DNA of 64,000 nucleotides from Nitrososphaeria archaeon (GTDB taxonomy: Archaea; Thermoproteota; Nitrososphaeria; JACIWG01): the NCBI GenBank assembly GCA_963752255.1, contig CAVVXT010000005.1, positions 1 through 64,000 on the forward strand, read 5' to 3'. Both the position numbers and the translations under genes were made by a program. Of this stretch, positions 9,850 through 20,740 are shown piece after piece (position 1 is the stretch's first letter; each line of letters begins with the position of its first letter). Below the pieces are notes generated by a model, which worked only from the letters and a program-made list of their open reading frames with translations, made no database searches and was not told the origin of the DNA.

Positions 9850-10188
9850 GAACTTATGTGCGTAAGAAAAGCTTCCTTCAATGTAAATGCTACTTCTTCA
9901 CCAAAAGATAAACAACATCCTGCTTTCAGACATAAAGAGAAATGCCATCGTATCTTTGGATTAGATAACGTTAGGTTCTATTTAGACAGGGAAAGCGTTA
10001 CCGAAGCAAACCTAATATCCCAATTGGAAGCATTAGCTGTCAAAGATCCAGTAAAGAATTGGGGCTGGTTTGTTCAATCCACTCACAAATTATCTAAGCA
10101 AAACCTTTCTATCTTTAACGGAACAAAAACAGTAGAACAGTTAATAGAATCCCAATACATGTTGAGATCAGCGAACACTCCACGTTAA
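9850..10188 (+). pseudogene. Possible EVE/PUA-like domain C-terminal fragment
   Basis: LISQLEAL...KNWGWFVQSTHKLSKQNL resembles EVE-domain C-termini; no convincing start. Confidence 0.3.
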
Positions 10189-10610
10189 GGTTCTAAAAAC
10201 AAGAATGCTTGATCCCTTCTGAATTTGCCCGCATCCACCTAATATAAAACAGTCTTAACAGAACTGTTAAAGCAAATACTTATCCTTTATCGAATTAGGC
10301 TCTGTCAAGTCTTCGATTGATTTTCTGACTGTAAAAAGTCGGTTGATTTTTTTAGCATTATTTCTTTTTGTAACATCAGTTATAATTATTGCCACTAATA
10401 ACTGCCGGCGCTTTGAAGATGATGGCGGACTATGTAAAGAGGAAACTCTCAGGTCGATGAAAGAAAAGCACTGTAAGTAGGGGCAGTTGATCTACCCCAA
10501 TACTTTAACTTTTCTACCTCAATCTTGCATCATGATATAAATTTTAGACATCTATCCAGATTTAGAATACTGATCAGATCGAAGTAGAATCTCGAAACAA
10601 GGAATTAGAG

Positions 10611-11160
10611 TTATTTGATTGAAACTTTTCTTAACAGCTTTCCCTTGTACCCCATTATTTCCCATATTGCTTCTACGCCACTCCATTTCAGAATATCGTC
10701 AAATTCCCCTCCTTCAATTAGGGATAATAGGTTCCTAGTTCTGTTTCGGAATTCCATAGCGGAAGTACATCTGGAAACTTTCTTACTTTCTTTTCTCTTT
10801 GCTATAAGTTCTGAGCTTTCGGAGCTCAGCAATATATCTTCAAAGATATAGTTCGGTTTTCTACCGATCCTTTTGATAGACATAGCAATCCAGACTTTCT
10901 GCTGGACAATGTTCGTGCAGACGTTCATCGTACGTCATTGTCCTATCTCTGATCACAATTCTTTCTGTGGCGGCGACCTTTTCCATGATGGGCTTTAAAT
11001 TGATGTTAATTTCTTTAATGAGCCTTGATCTGAAGTTCTCCTTCAAAATTCGCTCGCAATGCTGGTCGAGTCTTCCTACTGCTAGGTCAAGACTTTTCTC
11101 CAACGCTAAAGCCTCCCTAAGGGCTACCTCACTCCTATCTATGACGTTGTCAAGGTTCAA
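10611..11160 (-). CDS. Hypothetical protein, probably one frameshifted gene (10861-11160 + 10611-10928)
   Basis: Overlapping same-strand ORFs, translationally coupled to the upstream gene at 11157-11160. Confidence 0.5.
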
Positions 11161-12570
11161 TATTTCAACGCTTCCATGATTCCATCTTGCAGTTGTGCAA
11201 TGATGAGTTCAATTCCGATTGAATTTTTGATTTTCTCCATATTGATGTTTATGTAGGTCTCCAAACCTTTGACGTAAGCTAAGGACAGACTCAGCACATC
11301 GTCATTGGGCTCTTTTATGATTGAAGGCATCTCGATCAGATTCAATATTATGGAAACATTTTTGTTGCCTTTATTTCGGGCTTCAATTCTTGGAGAGCGC
11401 ACCCTCGGCTTCGGAGAGCTTTTCCTTCAGTTGCGAATTGCGGTCTTCAAGCAACTTGTTGCTTGATTCCATTTCTTTTTTTGCAGCATCCATATTTTTG
11501 ATATCATTATATTCTGCAACTGCTTCAAGCACATTAAGGGGGTCGCCATATTTTCTGGCGGCTTCAAACACTGCTGCAAACTCTTTATATCCGTAGTGCA
11601 ATTTTTGTCTAAGGGTTGTGCACATTTCAAAGATATCTGCAATACGGTCTTTTTCTCCTTGGAGCACCTTTATTTCCGTAGTCAGCAAATCCTTCTGCTC
11701 CAACTTCCTTGACACATCCTCCTCAAGCGTTAGAAAGCTTGTATATTTGCTGATTGCAGCCAGTACAGCGTATATCCCCCCAAAACGTTCGGAGGCCCTT
11801 TGAAGTTCTACGAGGGTGTACTCGTGTACGTCCTCTGACTTGAGGTAGCTGACAACGTCCAACCCTTCCTTCACCTTGGCCGCTTCTTGTCTTAGTTTTG
11901 AGATACGTTCTTCGAAGCCCTTGATGGTGTCCTTAAGACTATTTTCCTTTGACTGAAGCTCAGAGATTCTCCTTTCAATTTCTTTGGCTGAACCGTACAA
12001 GGTTAAGGCGTTAAGGACTTCTTTGCAGCTTCCATATTTTTCACAGACATCATGCAATTTTCCTAAATTCTCCAAGCTGAAACCTTTTCCTTCGAGGTTA
12101 GATCTGTACCCTAAAGCGTCTTTGAGTTGGGTTACGGAAGCCTTAGAGTTGATCATTTCTAGGACTGTCCCAAGAAGATCCTGCAGGTTCACATTTGAGT
12201 TCTTGGCCACCTTTAACACGTTCAAGAGATCCTCTAAGTTAATTCCTTGAGAATCTAAAGTAATCTTAAATGAAACAGAGGCTTCGACCTCATTTAGGCT
12301 AAGATCCTTTTCAATCATTTTGACGACGAGGTCTATCGCCCTCGCTTTTACGTGGATATCTTCAACCTTCACGTCTAACGTATAGCTTCTTATTGTGGAG
12401 GCATCCCATGCGCGACCCGACAGTTCACTTATCTCTTCACTCGTGAACCCCCATCTTTTAAGTGCCCTCATGCATTCTTTGGCCGCCTCCTGATCTTGGG
12501 GGGAGAGTGGTTTACTTACCGCCAGCTCCCTTAACTTTTTTATTACGCCTTCAACTTTTTCCATCCACAA
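11157..12570 (-). CDS. N-terminal HTH + long coiled-coil protein (frameshift near 11395)
   Basis: GFTSEEISELSGRAWDASTIRSY HTH-like segment, then heptad-rich stretches; continues into ORF 11157-11402. Confidence 0.65.
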
Positions 12571-12830
12571 TCACTTCATCTTCTTTTTTATTTTCCATTT
12601 TGTTCTTCCTATCCTAGGAGAAGGTTATTTAAAAATTTTTTATAAAAAATAAATATTAATACTAAGTTAGTTAGTTAGTTAGTGCTTTTTAAGAAAAATT
12701 TATAGATTTTTGATGTAAAATAGAAATTTAGATAGGAGTGGGATAAGATAAGTCTTGCCTCAACCTATCAAATCGCCTTAGTTGAACAACCAGTTAGCAT
12801 AAAATATGGCGACGTTGTTCGATGACGCAA

Positions 12831-12924
12831 ACGATGACAGGTGTTGATAAGTGTTGGCTGCTGTTGATGGGTGTTGATAGATGTTGATGATCGTTGATGA
12901 CTGGCTGTTGACCGGTGTTGGTGT
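12831..12924 (+). repeat. Array of 10-bp phased imperfect direct repeats (consensus (G/C)TGTTGATGN)
   Basis: gtgttgataa gtgttggctg ctgttgatgg gtgttgatag atgttgatga tcgttgatga at exact 10-bp steps (12841-12900), then ctgttgaccg gtgttggtgt after a 4-bp shift. Confidence 0.85.
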
Positions 12925-13275
12925 TTTGATGGCGGTCCATATGTTATAGGAGGCTCAGGAGACTTCAAACCTCTGCCAAACTTCAGCGACTCTCGCACGT
13001 ATTTATGCTAGGAAGTGCTGGGGTGCATCACGTTAGCGAGCCTGTCAGTTCCTATGACGTACAACCATATGGATTTGGTCGCGGCAGGTTCCAACATTAT
13101 TTAACGCCAGCGTCAACATAGTTCTAAATCCGATGCAAAAGGTTAGACTTTTTCCCTGTCATCGCCAGGGCATTTGAATGTTGTGATGGATCTGCAGCCC
13201 TAAGACTTTTATTGTGTGCCGCTCGGAAACAAGTAAATTTCTTTGGCATCAATAAATTATAAGGAAATAGCTCTT

Positions 13276-13600
13276 TCAATTCAGGGATAAGGTCCAGAGG
13301 CTGCTTCTAAGTATTATCTTCCTGTAAGCAACATCTTCAAAAGATTTTATGTTATGTCCAGGCATTATGTAGACAAGTTTACCGTTACCGATTTGTCTTG
13401 TCCCTCCAGCTGGATAGGTGTTCCCTCCATGATAGTATGTCATGAATATACTTTTTTCAGTGTAATCGAACATATCAAAACGGTAAGGTTCATCTTCTAT
13501 TTCAAATTCGCTTATTCCATTCATTATGTAATCGCTGCTTCCCGTAGATTTTACTGTAAACTTTGCACGTGGAGGAAGACCTAAAAATTTCGCCCAAATA
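13276..13600 (-). pseudogene. ThuA-like (class I glutamine amidotransferase-like) domain, C-terminal remnant
   Basis: AKFLGLPP...FEIEDEPY...PAGGTRQIGNGKLVYIMPGH...YRKIILRSSLW; the N-terminal half is absent. Confidence 0.6.
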
Positions 13601-13826
13601 GAAATAAGCGAGAATAAATAATAGAAAAATTGGGTGAACTAAGAAAGCTATTGAAAAGTTGGATATCGGGTTATAAAGTCTTCTCATTATATATTGGTTT
13701 AATATTTTCCAGAATGAAGCAGTATTCATATCGGCACTTTGAAAACGTAAAATGTTGTTTTTTAATAGTGAACCTGACAGAAAAGAATAATAGAACAGAA
13801 CTAATAGATTCTGAAGGGATATTCGC

Positions 13827-14927
13827 TTGAAGATCACAGATGTCAGGATATACCCTGTCAAGGGTAGACATTGGCCTGGGTTTCCCTGGATCATCCTAGA
13901 AATCGAGACAGATGAGGGGATTAGTGGCCTTGGAGAAGCTTTGTCATACCGTTCTAGTGGAGTATTAGATAGTCTAAATGTGATCAAGAAGATGTTACTT
14001 AACAGGGATCCAACACAAATCGAGTTACTTTGGGAGAAGCTATTCAGGGAAGGCTTTTCTATGCCAGCTATTAGCGGTGTAGAAATTGCCCTTTGGGATA
14101 TCTTAGGAAAGAAACTAAACGCCCCTGTCTACAGCCTGCTCGGTGGACGATGCAGAGACAGTGTTGAAGTCTACGTTGACGGATTCTTCAGGGGAGCAGA
14201 GTATGTTGAGGAAGAGTATGCGGCTAAGGCATCTGAAGCTGTCAGTAAAGGCTTTAGATCGCTTAAGATGGACGTTGACGAGGCCATACCTTCTGGTAAA
14301 ACCATAAACAGGACCCTAACCCCTGCAGATCTCAAGCACACGGTGAGCATGGTTGAAGCTGTCAGGGAAGCCGTCGGCGATGAAATAAGGTTGGCTATTG
14401 ACTGCCACGGCGCCTTTGACACGAACACAGCAATAGTTCTAGCACAGAAGCTTGAGCCGTATAACCTGATGTGGATAGAGGACCCTGTTCCCCAGAACAA
14501 CCTGCAGGCGATGGCTAAGGTCAGCCAGAGCACAAGGATTCCCGTTTGCACAGGTGAACTTCTTGACAGCCGCTACATGTTCCGCGAACTCTTTGAAGAG
14601 GGAGCTGCACAGATCATAATGCCCGACGTAGCGAGAACAGGAGGAATCCTTGAGCTTAAGAAGATAGCTGCTGCAGCGGACACTTACTACATCCCTGTTG
14701 CACCACATAACATGGTCAGCCCCATTGCTACGATGGCGTCCGTTCAGGTATGCGCTAACATTCCTAACTTTCTTGTGCTCGAATTCCAGTTAGGTGATGT
14801 TCAATGGAGAGACTCCATACTTGATTCGCCTTTGCCCTTAAAGAATGGCCAAATTGAAGTTTCGAACAAGCCAGGCCTTGGAATTAGCCTCAACAAAAAA
14901 GAGCTTGAGAAGTATATAGTACAATAA
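13827..14927 (+). CDS. Mandelate racemase/muconate lactonizing enzyme family (galactonate dehydratase-like)
   Basis: MKITDV...GLGEA, IEIALWDILGK-like motif, KMD, DCH, WIEDP, TGE, PHN. Confidence 0.92.
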   Translation: MKITDVRIYPVKGRHWPGFPWIILEIETDEGISGLGEALSYRSSGVLDSLNVIKKMLLNRDPTQIELLWEKLFREGFSMPAISGVEIALWDILGKKLNAPVYSLLGGRCRDSVEVYVDGFFRGAEYVEEEYAAKASEAVSKGFRSLKMDVDEAIPSGKTINRTLTPADLKHTVSMVEAVREAVGDEIRLAIDCHGAFDTNTAIVLAQKLEPYNLMWIEDPVPQNNLQAMAKVSQSTRIPVCTGELLDSRYMFRELFEEGAAQIIMPDVARTGGILELKKIAAAADTYYIPVAPHNMVSPIATMASVQVCANIPNFLVLEFQLGDVQWRDSILDSPLPLKNGQIEVSNKPGLGISLNKKELEKYIVQ

Positions 14928-15145
14928 GAACGCTTCCATCCTTCTTTTGAACTTTAGCCTTTACCTAATACGTTTTGCTAGTTGATCTCTACCCTTTTTG
15001 TTTAACTATTTATTAGTAATGAAATAAAAAAGTTAAGATTACCGAGGAGCTTTTTTTTCTGTTCATAATAGCTGTTTAAGTAGTTTGAAAGATCTTATGC
15101 TTCTTTGACTTGCCAAAAGAAATGTTAGTATGGTTATAAAGAATA

Positions 15146-15724
15146 CTAAGGGGATCTCTTGGATAAACTGGAAAGCAATGTCATAACACAATAGGGGCAG
15201 TGCGGTGAATCAATCGGTATTTCTTTCCCACATTTTGGGCATTGCTTCGTTTTTATTTGCGATTTTGCATCACGAGATTTTTTTAATTCATCAACGATTT
15301 TATTTGATAGGCTTTTAAGATCAGAATCCCATGTATTTCTTGAAGACTCTAAACTATCTGCTACAAATTTTTCTAAATCATGTTTACTAGATAAGTGCCA
15401 AACATATCCGATTAATATGAAAAAAGCACCCACGATTATTAAAGCACGATTTGAGAGGATAGATCCGAATTGATAGAAGACTCCAAAGATGAGGAAAGCT
15501 GCGCTGATGATGTATAAAATGTAACTCGATAGTCTTTTGTTTCGTCCAATTTTGTTTTTTGTTTCAGAGTCTAAAGAAAAATTATCCATCTCGATTAATC
15601 TATAAGATAGAAATCCTATTTCCTTGCGTATCGGAGGGGAGAGGTCTTCCTCTTTGAAAGAAGAACCGCATTCATCTTTAAGTAATTCCAGAGTTCTACT
15701 TCTATATTCATCGTCTTCCTCCAT
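15146..15724 (-). CDS. 2-TM protein with C-terminal zinc ribbon
   Basis: Two TM segments; CPKCGKEIPIDSPHCPYC. Confidence 0.7.
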   Translation of the reverse strand: MEEDDEYRSRTLELLKDECGSSFKEEDLSPPIRKEIGFLSYRLIEMDNFSLDSETKNKIGRNKRLSSYILYIISAAFLIFGVFYQFGSILSNRALIIVGAFFILIGYVWHLSSKHDLEKFVADSLESSRNTWDSDLKSLSNKIVDELKKSRDAKSQIKTKQCPKCGKEIPIDSPHCPYCVMTLLSSLSKRSP

Positions 15725-15880
15725 ATCACTAAAATCGATTAAGTATTGTATTTAAGTCTTAGAATTAGTGGACCCCAAAGCCTTTTTTATTTATTTTATC
15801 ATCACCAAAAAATCTATTAGAAACGTTTTGACTATATCGATGATAACAACATTTAAAAACAAATTAAATTTAATTGAAGA

Positions 15881-16360
15881 ATGAGTTCCCATATGTCGAG
15901 AATTGTTTATGTCATCGTAGGTATTTTATTTCTTGTTATAGTCATTGCTATTTTAGCTGGTTTAGTTGTCTATTTTAATACTCAACCAACTGCCATTTTA
16001 TCAAGTTCAATTGCCACAACAATGACTCCAACTAGTACCACTTCAAACGAGTATTCCTTAGAAAAGTTGGCGATAAGCGCATATGCTAGTTCAACAACAC
16101 AGATTATAATAAATATACAGAATACTAGTTCATCTGATGCGACAATAACCGATATATTCTTGAATGAAAAACTTCTAGCATCGGCTACTCCCGCAGGAAC
16201 TCTCAGTGGTAGCATTTCTGCACTACCATATACATTACCGACAGGAGCTTCAGTACAAATAACTCTTAATTTCGCAACGCCCCTAAGCTCTGGTGCCACT
16301 TACAATATTAAGGTCCACACAGGATCAGGAAATGACTATCCAGCACTTATCACACCTTAA
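15881..16360 (+). CDS. Membrane-anchored archaeal pilin-like beta-sandwich protein
   Basis: TM, short Thr linker and IQNTSSSDATITDIFLN...LPYTLPTGAS...GATYNIKVHTGSGNDYP; homologous to the type A head domains. Confidence 0.7.
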   Translation: MSSHMSRIVYVIVGILFLVIVIAILAGLVVYFNTQPTAILSSSIATTMTPTSTTSNEYSLEKLAISAYASSTTQIIINIQNTSSSDATITDIFLNEKLLASATPAGTLSGSISALPYTLPTGASVQITLNFATPLSSGATYNIKVHTGSGNDYPALITP

Positions 16361-16481
16361 GTCGGTTGACCTCTAGCCTTTTCTGTAAGTTCATTAACTA
16401 TTTTTTAGTAAAAATAAAAAAGATACGATTTTAATAAATAATATTAAATGAAATCATCTTATGTTATCGTTTAGTTTTATT

Positions 16482-17222
16482 TTAAAGTTTTACAAAATCA
16501 TCCTTGACGAATATTATTAAAATGATTATATAAATAGAAAGGGAGAAAAGCAGCAAGTTGAGAACCACGATTTTATCACTAAAGTTCATCTTTGGTGATG
16601 GGATGAACATAGAAATGAGTAATATAATTATTGTAAAAATAAAATAATAATATAATTTTATTTTATAATCTTTCTTTTTAAATTGTTCGCCAAATGGGAG
16701 ATAGAGTGCATAGGATGAAAAAAACCCCATAGAGCCTGCAATTACTACTCCAGTTATAGGTGAAAGTAATATGTCCCAATTACTTCTAAAGTGACTTAAT
16801 AGATTAATCTCAAAACTTAAAGGATCGGGGTTAACATTATTGAAGGTTAAATTATTGACGATATAACTATTATAATCATTTAGATTCCCAAAAGGTTTGT
16901 TGCTAGTATCGGTAACAATGGCATTGCAAAATTGACCATATAAAAGTAGTCTGAATCCTGCATAAACAATTAGTGTTAATAAAATACCACCTATTATTAT
17001 AGATGGGTTCTTTTTCTTATAATTTTTAGAATTTAAAAATGTGAATAGTGCTACTACCGCAGCAAAAAGTATGGCAGCATGGGAGATAAGCTCCTGTTCA
17101 TAGAAATTTAATAAAACAGTCTTATAAGGTAAATTCTGATCATCAGATTTTATTGATCCAATAAATGTAACGGACATTAATATTAAAATAACTAAAGCAA
17201 TAAAGGTAGTTCTTGAAACCAT
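16482..17222 (-). CDS. AT-rich orphan polytopic membrane protein
   Basis: Several TM segments; markedly AT-rich DNA next to the integrase relic. Confidence 0.55.
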   Translation of the reverse strand: MVSRTTFIALVILILMSVTFIGSIKSDDQNLPYKTVLLNFYEQELISHAAILFAAVVALFTFLNSKNYKKKNPSIIIGGILLTLIVYAGFRLLLYGQFCNAIVTDTSNKPFGNLNDYNSYIVNNLTFNNVNPDPLSFEINLLSHFRSNWDILLSPITGVVIAGSMGFFSSYALYLPFGEQFKKKDYKIKLYYYFIFTIIILLISMFIPSPKMNFSDKIVVLNLLLFSLSIYIIILIIFVKDDFVKL

Positions 17223-17370
17223 ATTCTTCCATGTAGAGAATATTTAATATAATATTTAAGACTATAAAAATTAATTTTTTTCATTATTCTATTTCCCATC
17301 TTTTTTGTGTAATTAAATATTTTATTGCCATATCTCCCTCTTAGAAGGTATTTTAATAAAAAAATATGGA

Positions 17371-18100
17371 TTAGTTAATCTCTAGCCTTCTTTGTTTGAC
17401 AAGTGTTTGTATATCTTTAACCATTTGTTCTATGTTAGAAATCTCTTTTTCCAATATTTCAACCCTATTCCCTAAACTTATATTTTCGTTAGCTAGTGAA
17501 TTAACTAATGTTTGTAGTTCCTTGTTTTTCTTGCTTATTTCCTCTCTCAGTTTGTTAACGTCTTCTCCAGAGCCAAAGATCGTTAAAACGTATTCTCCCT
17601 GCTGATAGAACTTGCCTAGATTTTCGGAAGTTTATTTCCTATATACCTCTGTTAAATACCCTTCATGCCCCATCAACGTTTCAACTATGTCAACGGGGAT
17701 AACTGCACCTAGCCTAGTTCTAAAGAATTTTCTTAACGTGTGAATATGTAATGTTGTCCTATTGGTTTGAGGGTCTTTCTTCATGTACCCTGCTTTATTT
17801 AATGCATTATCCCATATGAAGTAAGCGTTATTTTCTTCGAAGGGAAATATTCTTTCATCTTCTTTGTTTTTAGCGTATAAGTGGCTTTTCCCTATCGCAG
17901 ATTTAAGATAATCTTCTCTTACCTTCATCCATTCGTTAAGAAATAATACAGCTTCTTTTGAAATAAAAGTTATTCTTGAGTTCCCAGATTTAGAATATTC
18001 TCCTTTGATCTTTATCCTATATGGTGATCCCTCGTCCAGGTCAGAAAGCTTAAGTTGAAGACATTCCCATATTCTCATACCTGAACTTGCTAATATGAAA
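17371..18100 (-). pseudogene. Tyrosine recombinase/integrase pseudogene (N-terminally truncated, internal stop)
   Basis: ILASSGMRI (R), SKSG (K), HTLRKFFRT (HxxR), LMGH, EVYRK. In-frame TAA at 17632, after which the frame continues as a coiled-coil tail to 17371. Upstream stop at ~18110. Confidence 0.85.
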
Positions 18101-18161
18101 TGGCTGAATTAGGATGTTCGTATAGAATACTAGTTTAATTAGTATATATCTCATCATACTG

Positions 18162-19124
18162 CTAAATTCTTCTAATGCTTTTGGAAGTTTCCACGAACGC
18201 CCTGATGTTTTCTGATGGCGTTTTTGATGGTATGTCGCATCCCGTGCTTGATACAACATTCTTCTTATCTTTCACGGGACTAAGCATTTTCAGGACGTTT
18301 TTCCTTATTGTTACTGGGTCTTCCATCATCAGGTTAACTGGAGAATAATTTCCGAAGACTAAAATGTTCTCAGGTACTATAGAAACAGCATCTAGCATTG
18401 GTATGTTCTGGTCGATACTGATGCCTGCTGCCCCTGTTTCTGCCATATCCGTCAGGAGGTGTCTCGATCTGCCGCAGATGTGCAGGACCATCCCAGCATC
18501 TACAACTGTGGTCAATCTTTCCAAGTATGGCTTCGAAAATTCCCTGAACTGGCTTACTGATATCAGGCTTGAAGACGGTTCTGCGATGACTATAAAATCT
18601 GCACCTGAATCTTCAAGCTTTTTTGCATACTCTATGGAGGTTTCTACAACTGTATCTAGAAGCGGTGGTAGTACTTCGGGGTTTGTGAGAATAAACTTTA
18701 GGAGATTGGTGATTCCTATTACTTGGCCTGCGATAGTAAAAGGTCCTGTTACATAAAATCCAACTGGCAAGTTGCCTGATATTTTTTTAATGGTTTTTAC
18801 GGTCTTTGCCATAATTAACATTCTACCATTTGATTTTCTCTTATGTACTTCCCCTATGTCAATCGTTTTGTTGATCTTGGGGGCGTCAATTTCTCTGTAT
18901 CCAACTTCCACCCCTAAAGCTTCTGCTTCAACTGTTAGATCGAGTAAGGGCAGTAATGCATCCGTTCCATACTCTTCTGCTATGTATTCGACAACTTTTG
19001 CATGCTTTTCTGGCTCAAGGAGGCTGATTGATGAAGTTTGATTCAAGGGTATCAGTGCAGGATACCCTAATATGGGAACGACTGGCACACGGTCAAATTT
19101 CGTAAAATACGTTAATAACTTCAT
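18162..19124 (-). CDS. MtaA/CmuA-family methyltransferase (uroporphyrinogen decarboxylase fold)
   Basis: DLTVEAEALG, GPFT, AEP, LHICG, GN and STGCD zinc-ligand motifs. Confidence 0.85.
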   Translation of the reverse strand: MKLLTYFTKFDRVPVVPILGYPALIPLNQTSSISLLEPEKHAKVVEYIAEEYGTDALLPLLDLTVEAEALGVEVGYREIDAPKINKTIDIGEVHKRKSNGRMLIMAKTVKTIKKISGNLPVGFYVTGPFTIAGQVIGITNLLKFILTNPEVLPPLLDTVVETSIEYAKKLEDSGADFIVIAEPSSSLISVSQFREFSKPYLERLTTVVDAGMVLHICGRSRHLLTDMAETGAAGISIDQNIPMLDAVSIVPENILVFGNYSPVNLMMEDPVTIRKNVLKMLSPVKDKKNVVSSTGCDIPSKTPSENIRAFVETSKSIRRI

Positions 19125-19346
19125 CTATATCATCTTAGAGTAACTTGTTATAAAGCCTTTTCGCTCTCAACGATTTTATTTTAATCAATCCGAATTTTAT
19201 TTTAGCCAATTCGAAGCTCGGATTTTCACCCAAAGATATGATTCATAGTTTCTAAGATATGGTTTCTTCCAGGTATATTCTGTTCTTTCTCCTTTTTTAG
19301 TCCAAACCTTTAAAAGTTAAGGTATCCCAAATGGTTAGGAAATATC

Positions 19347-20683
19347 TTGGATAAAACTATCCAGAATGGGGATGTTAAGCGGTTCTTAGCTTCTTTTGAT
19401 AGGGACCCTAAGAACCTTCTTGCGTTGAACGCGGTGACTGAGAACGGCATAGCTGCTGTGGCTTTGAGCCGGAAGGAAGTTGACCGAATTAACTACACGT
19501 TTAGTAATCTTATAGAGTCGCCGGAGGCTACTAATCAAGAGCTGTCAGGGCGATGTTGGTTATTTTCCGGGCTTAGTTCTCTTTGCCTGGAGGCTATGAA
19601 GAAGTTGAACGTTGGGACTTTTGAACTTTCGGAGGTCTACCAGATGTTCTGGGATAAACTGGAGAAGGCGAACTTCTTTCTTGAGAACATCATCGAGACC
19701 AGGGATGAGCCACTGGACAGCAGGTTGGTGCTGGGGCTTCTCTCTGACCCACTTTCCGATGGCGGGCAGTGGGACATGTTCGTGAATCTTGTCGAAAAAT
19801 ACGGCGTGGTTCCGAAGTCTTTTATGCCGGAGACAGACAGTAGCAGCAATTCTGATCCCATGAACACCCTGCTTGTTGCCAAGCTAAGGGAATATGCGAA
19901 AACGCTAAGAGACCTGAATTCACAGGGTTCTTCTGCACAGGAATTGCGCAAGTCAAAAGGAGAGATGCTCGAAGAGTTCTATAGGATGCTTGCCATTCAC
20001 TTAGGGAAGCCTCCGACCAGCTTCTACTGGGAGTGGCGAGATAAGGACAACATGTTCCACAGGCATGGTGACATAACACCAAAAGAGTTCTACAAGGAAT
20101 ATATTGATGTCGACCTGGATGATCTAGTTTGCCTAATAAACGCCCCAACCAAGGACAAGCCCTATAATAAACTCTACACGGTGCAGTATCTCGGTAACGT
20201 CATTGGCGGACGTCCGGTTCGTTACTTGAACGTTGATATACAGACATTGAAGAAAGCTGCCGTAGATATGATAAAGGACAACCATGCGGTTTGGTTCGGC
20301 TGCGACGTAGGCCAGATGCTTGAAACAGAGATGGGCGCGATGGATTTGAACATATACGACTATAAACTCGTCTTCGGAATGGATTTCAAGCTTGATAAAG
20401 CTGGAAGATTGGACTACAGGAACAGCGAGATGACTCACGCCATGGTCCTAACAGGCGTGGACCTAGACGAAGTGGTAAACCGAAAAAATGGCGAGTTGAA
20501 AACAGCTGGGGGGCTAAGATTGGAGACAAAGGTTATATGTATATGATGGATGAATGGTTCGACGAATACCTGTACGAAATAACCGTTAGAAAAAAATACC
20601 TCTCTCCAGAGCTCCTAAAAGTTCTAGACACCGAACCTATTGTCCTCCCATCTTGGGATCCAATGGGAACATTAGCTAAGTAA
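19347..20683 (+). CDS. pepC: Aminopeptidase C / bleomycin hydrolase (C1B), one frameshift near 20472
   Basis: NQELSGRCWLF, DGGQWDM, MTHAMVLTGVD; the shifted frame continues KWRVENSWG...WDPMGTLAK* to 20683. Confidence 0.92.
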
Positions 20684-20740
20684 AACTAGTAGTGCCATCA
20701 GATAGGAGACGGATCGTAGTTCCGAGCTGGTTAAGCTGAA

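Noticed and set aside
10400-10500. GGAAACTCTCAGG resembling the glycine riboswitch 3' motif
   Set aside because: The upstream GGAGA and CCGAAG elements are absent, and no suitable downstream gene lies on that strand.
12950-12980. Possible second tRNA-like att (reverse complement GAGGTTTGAAGTCTCCTGAGCC)
   Set aside because: T-loop and stem do not fit the consensus, and it does not match the 127-151 fragment.
12768-12998. 76-aa ORF over the repeat array; array considered as CRISPR
   Set aside because: A 10-bp period is not codon-compatible; the units are too short, have no spacers, and no cas genes are present.
13502-13987. 161-aa minus-strand ORF
   Set aside because: Overlaps the dehydratase antisense and its promoter; not protein-like.
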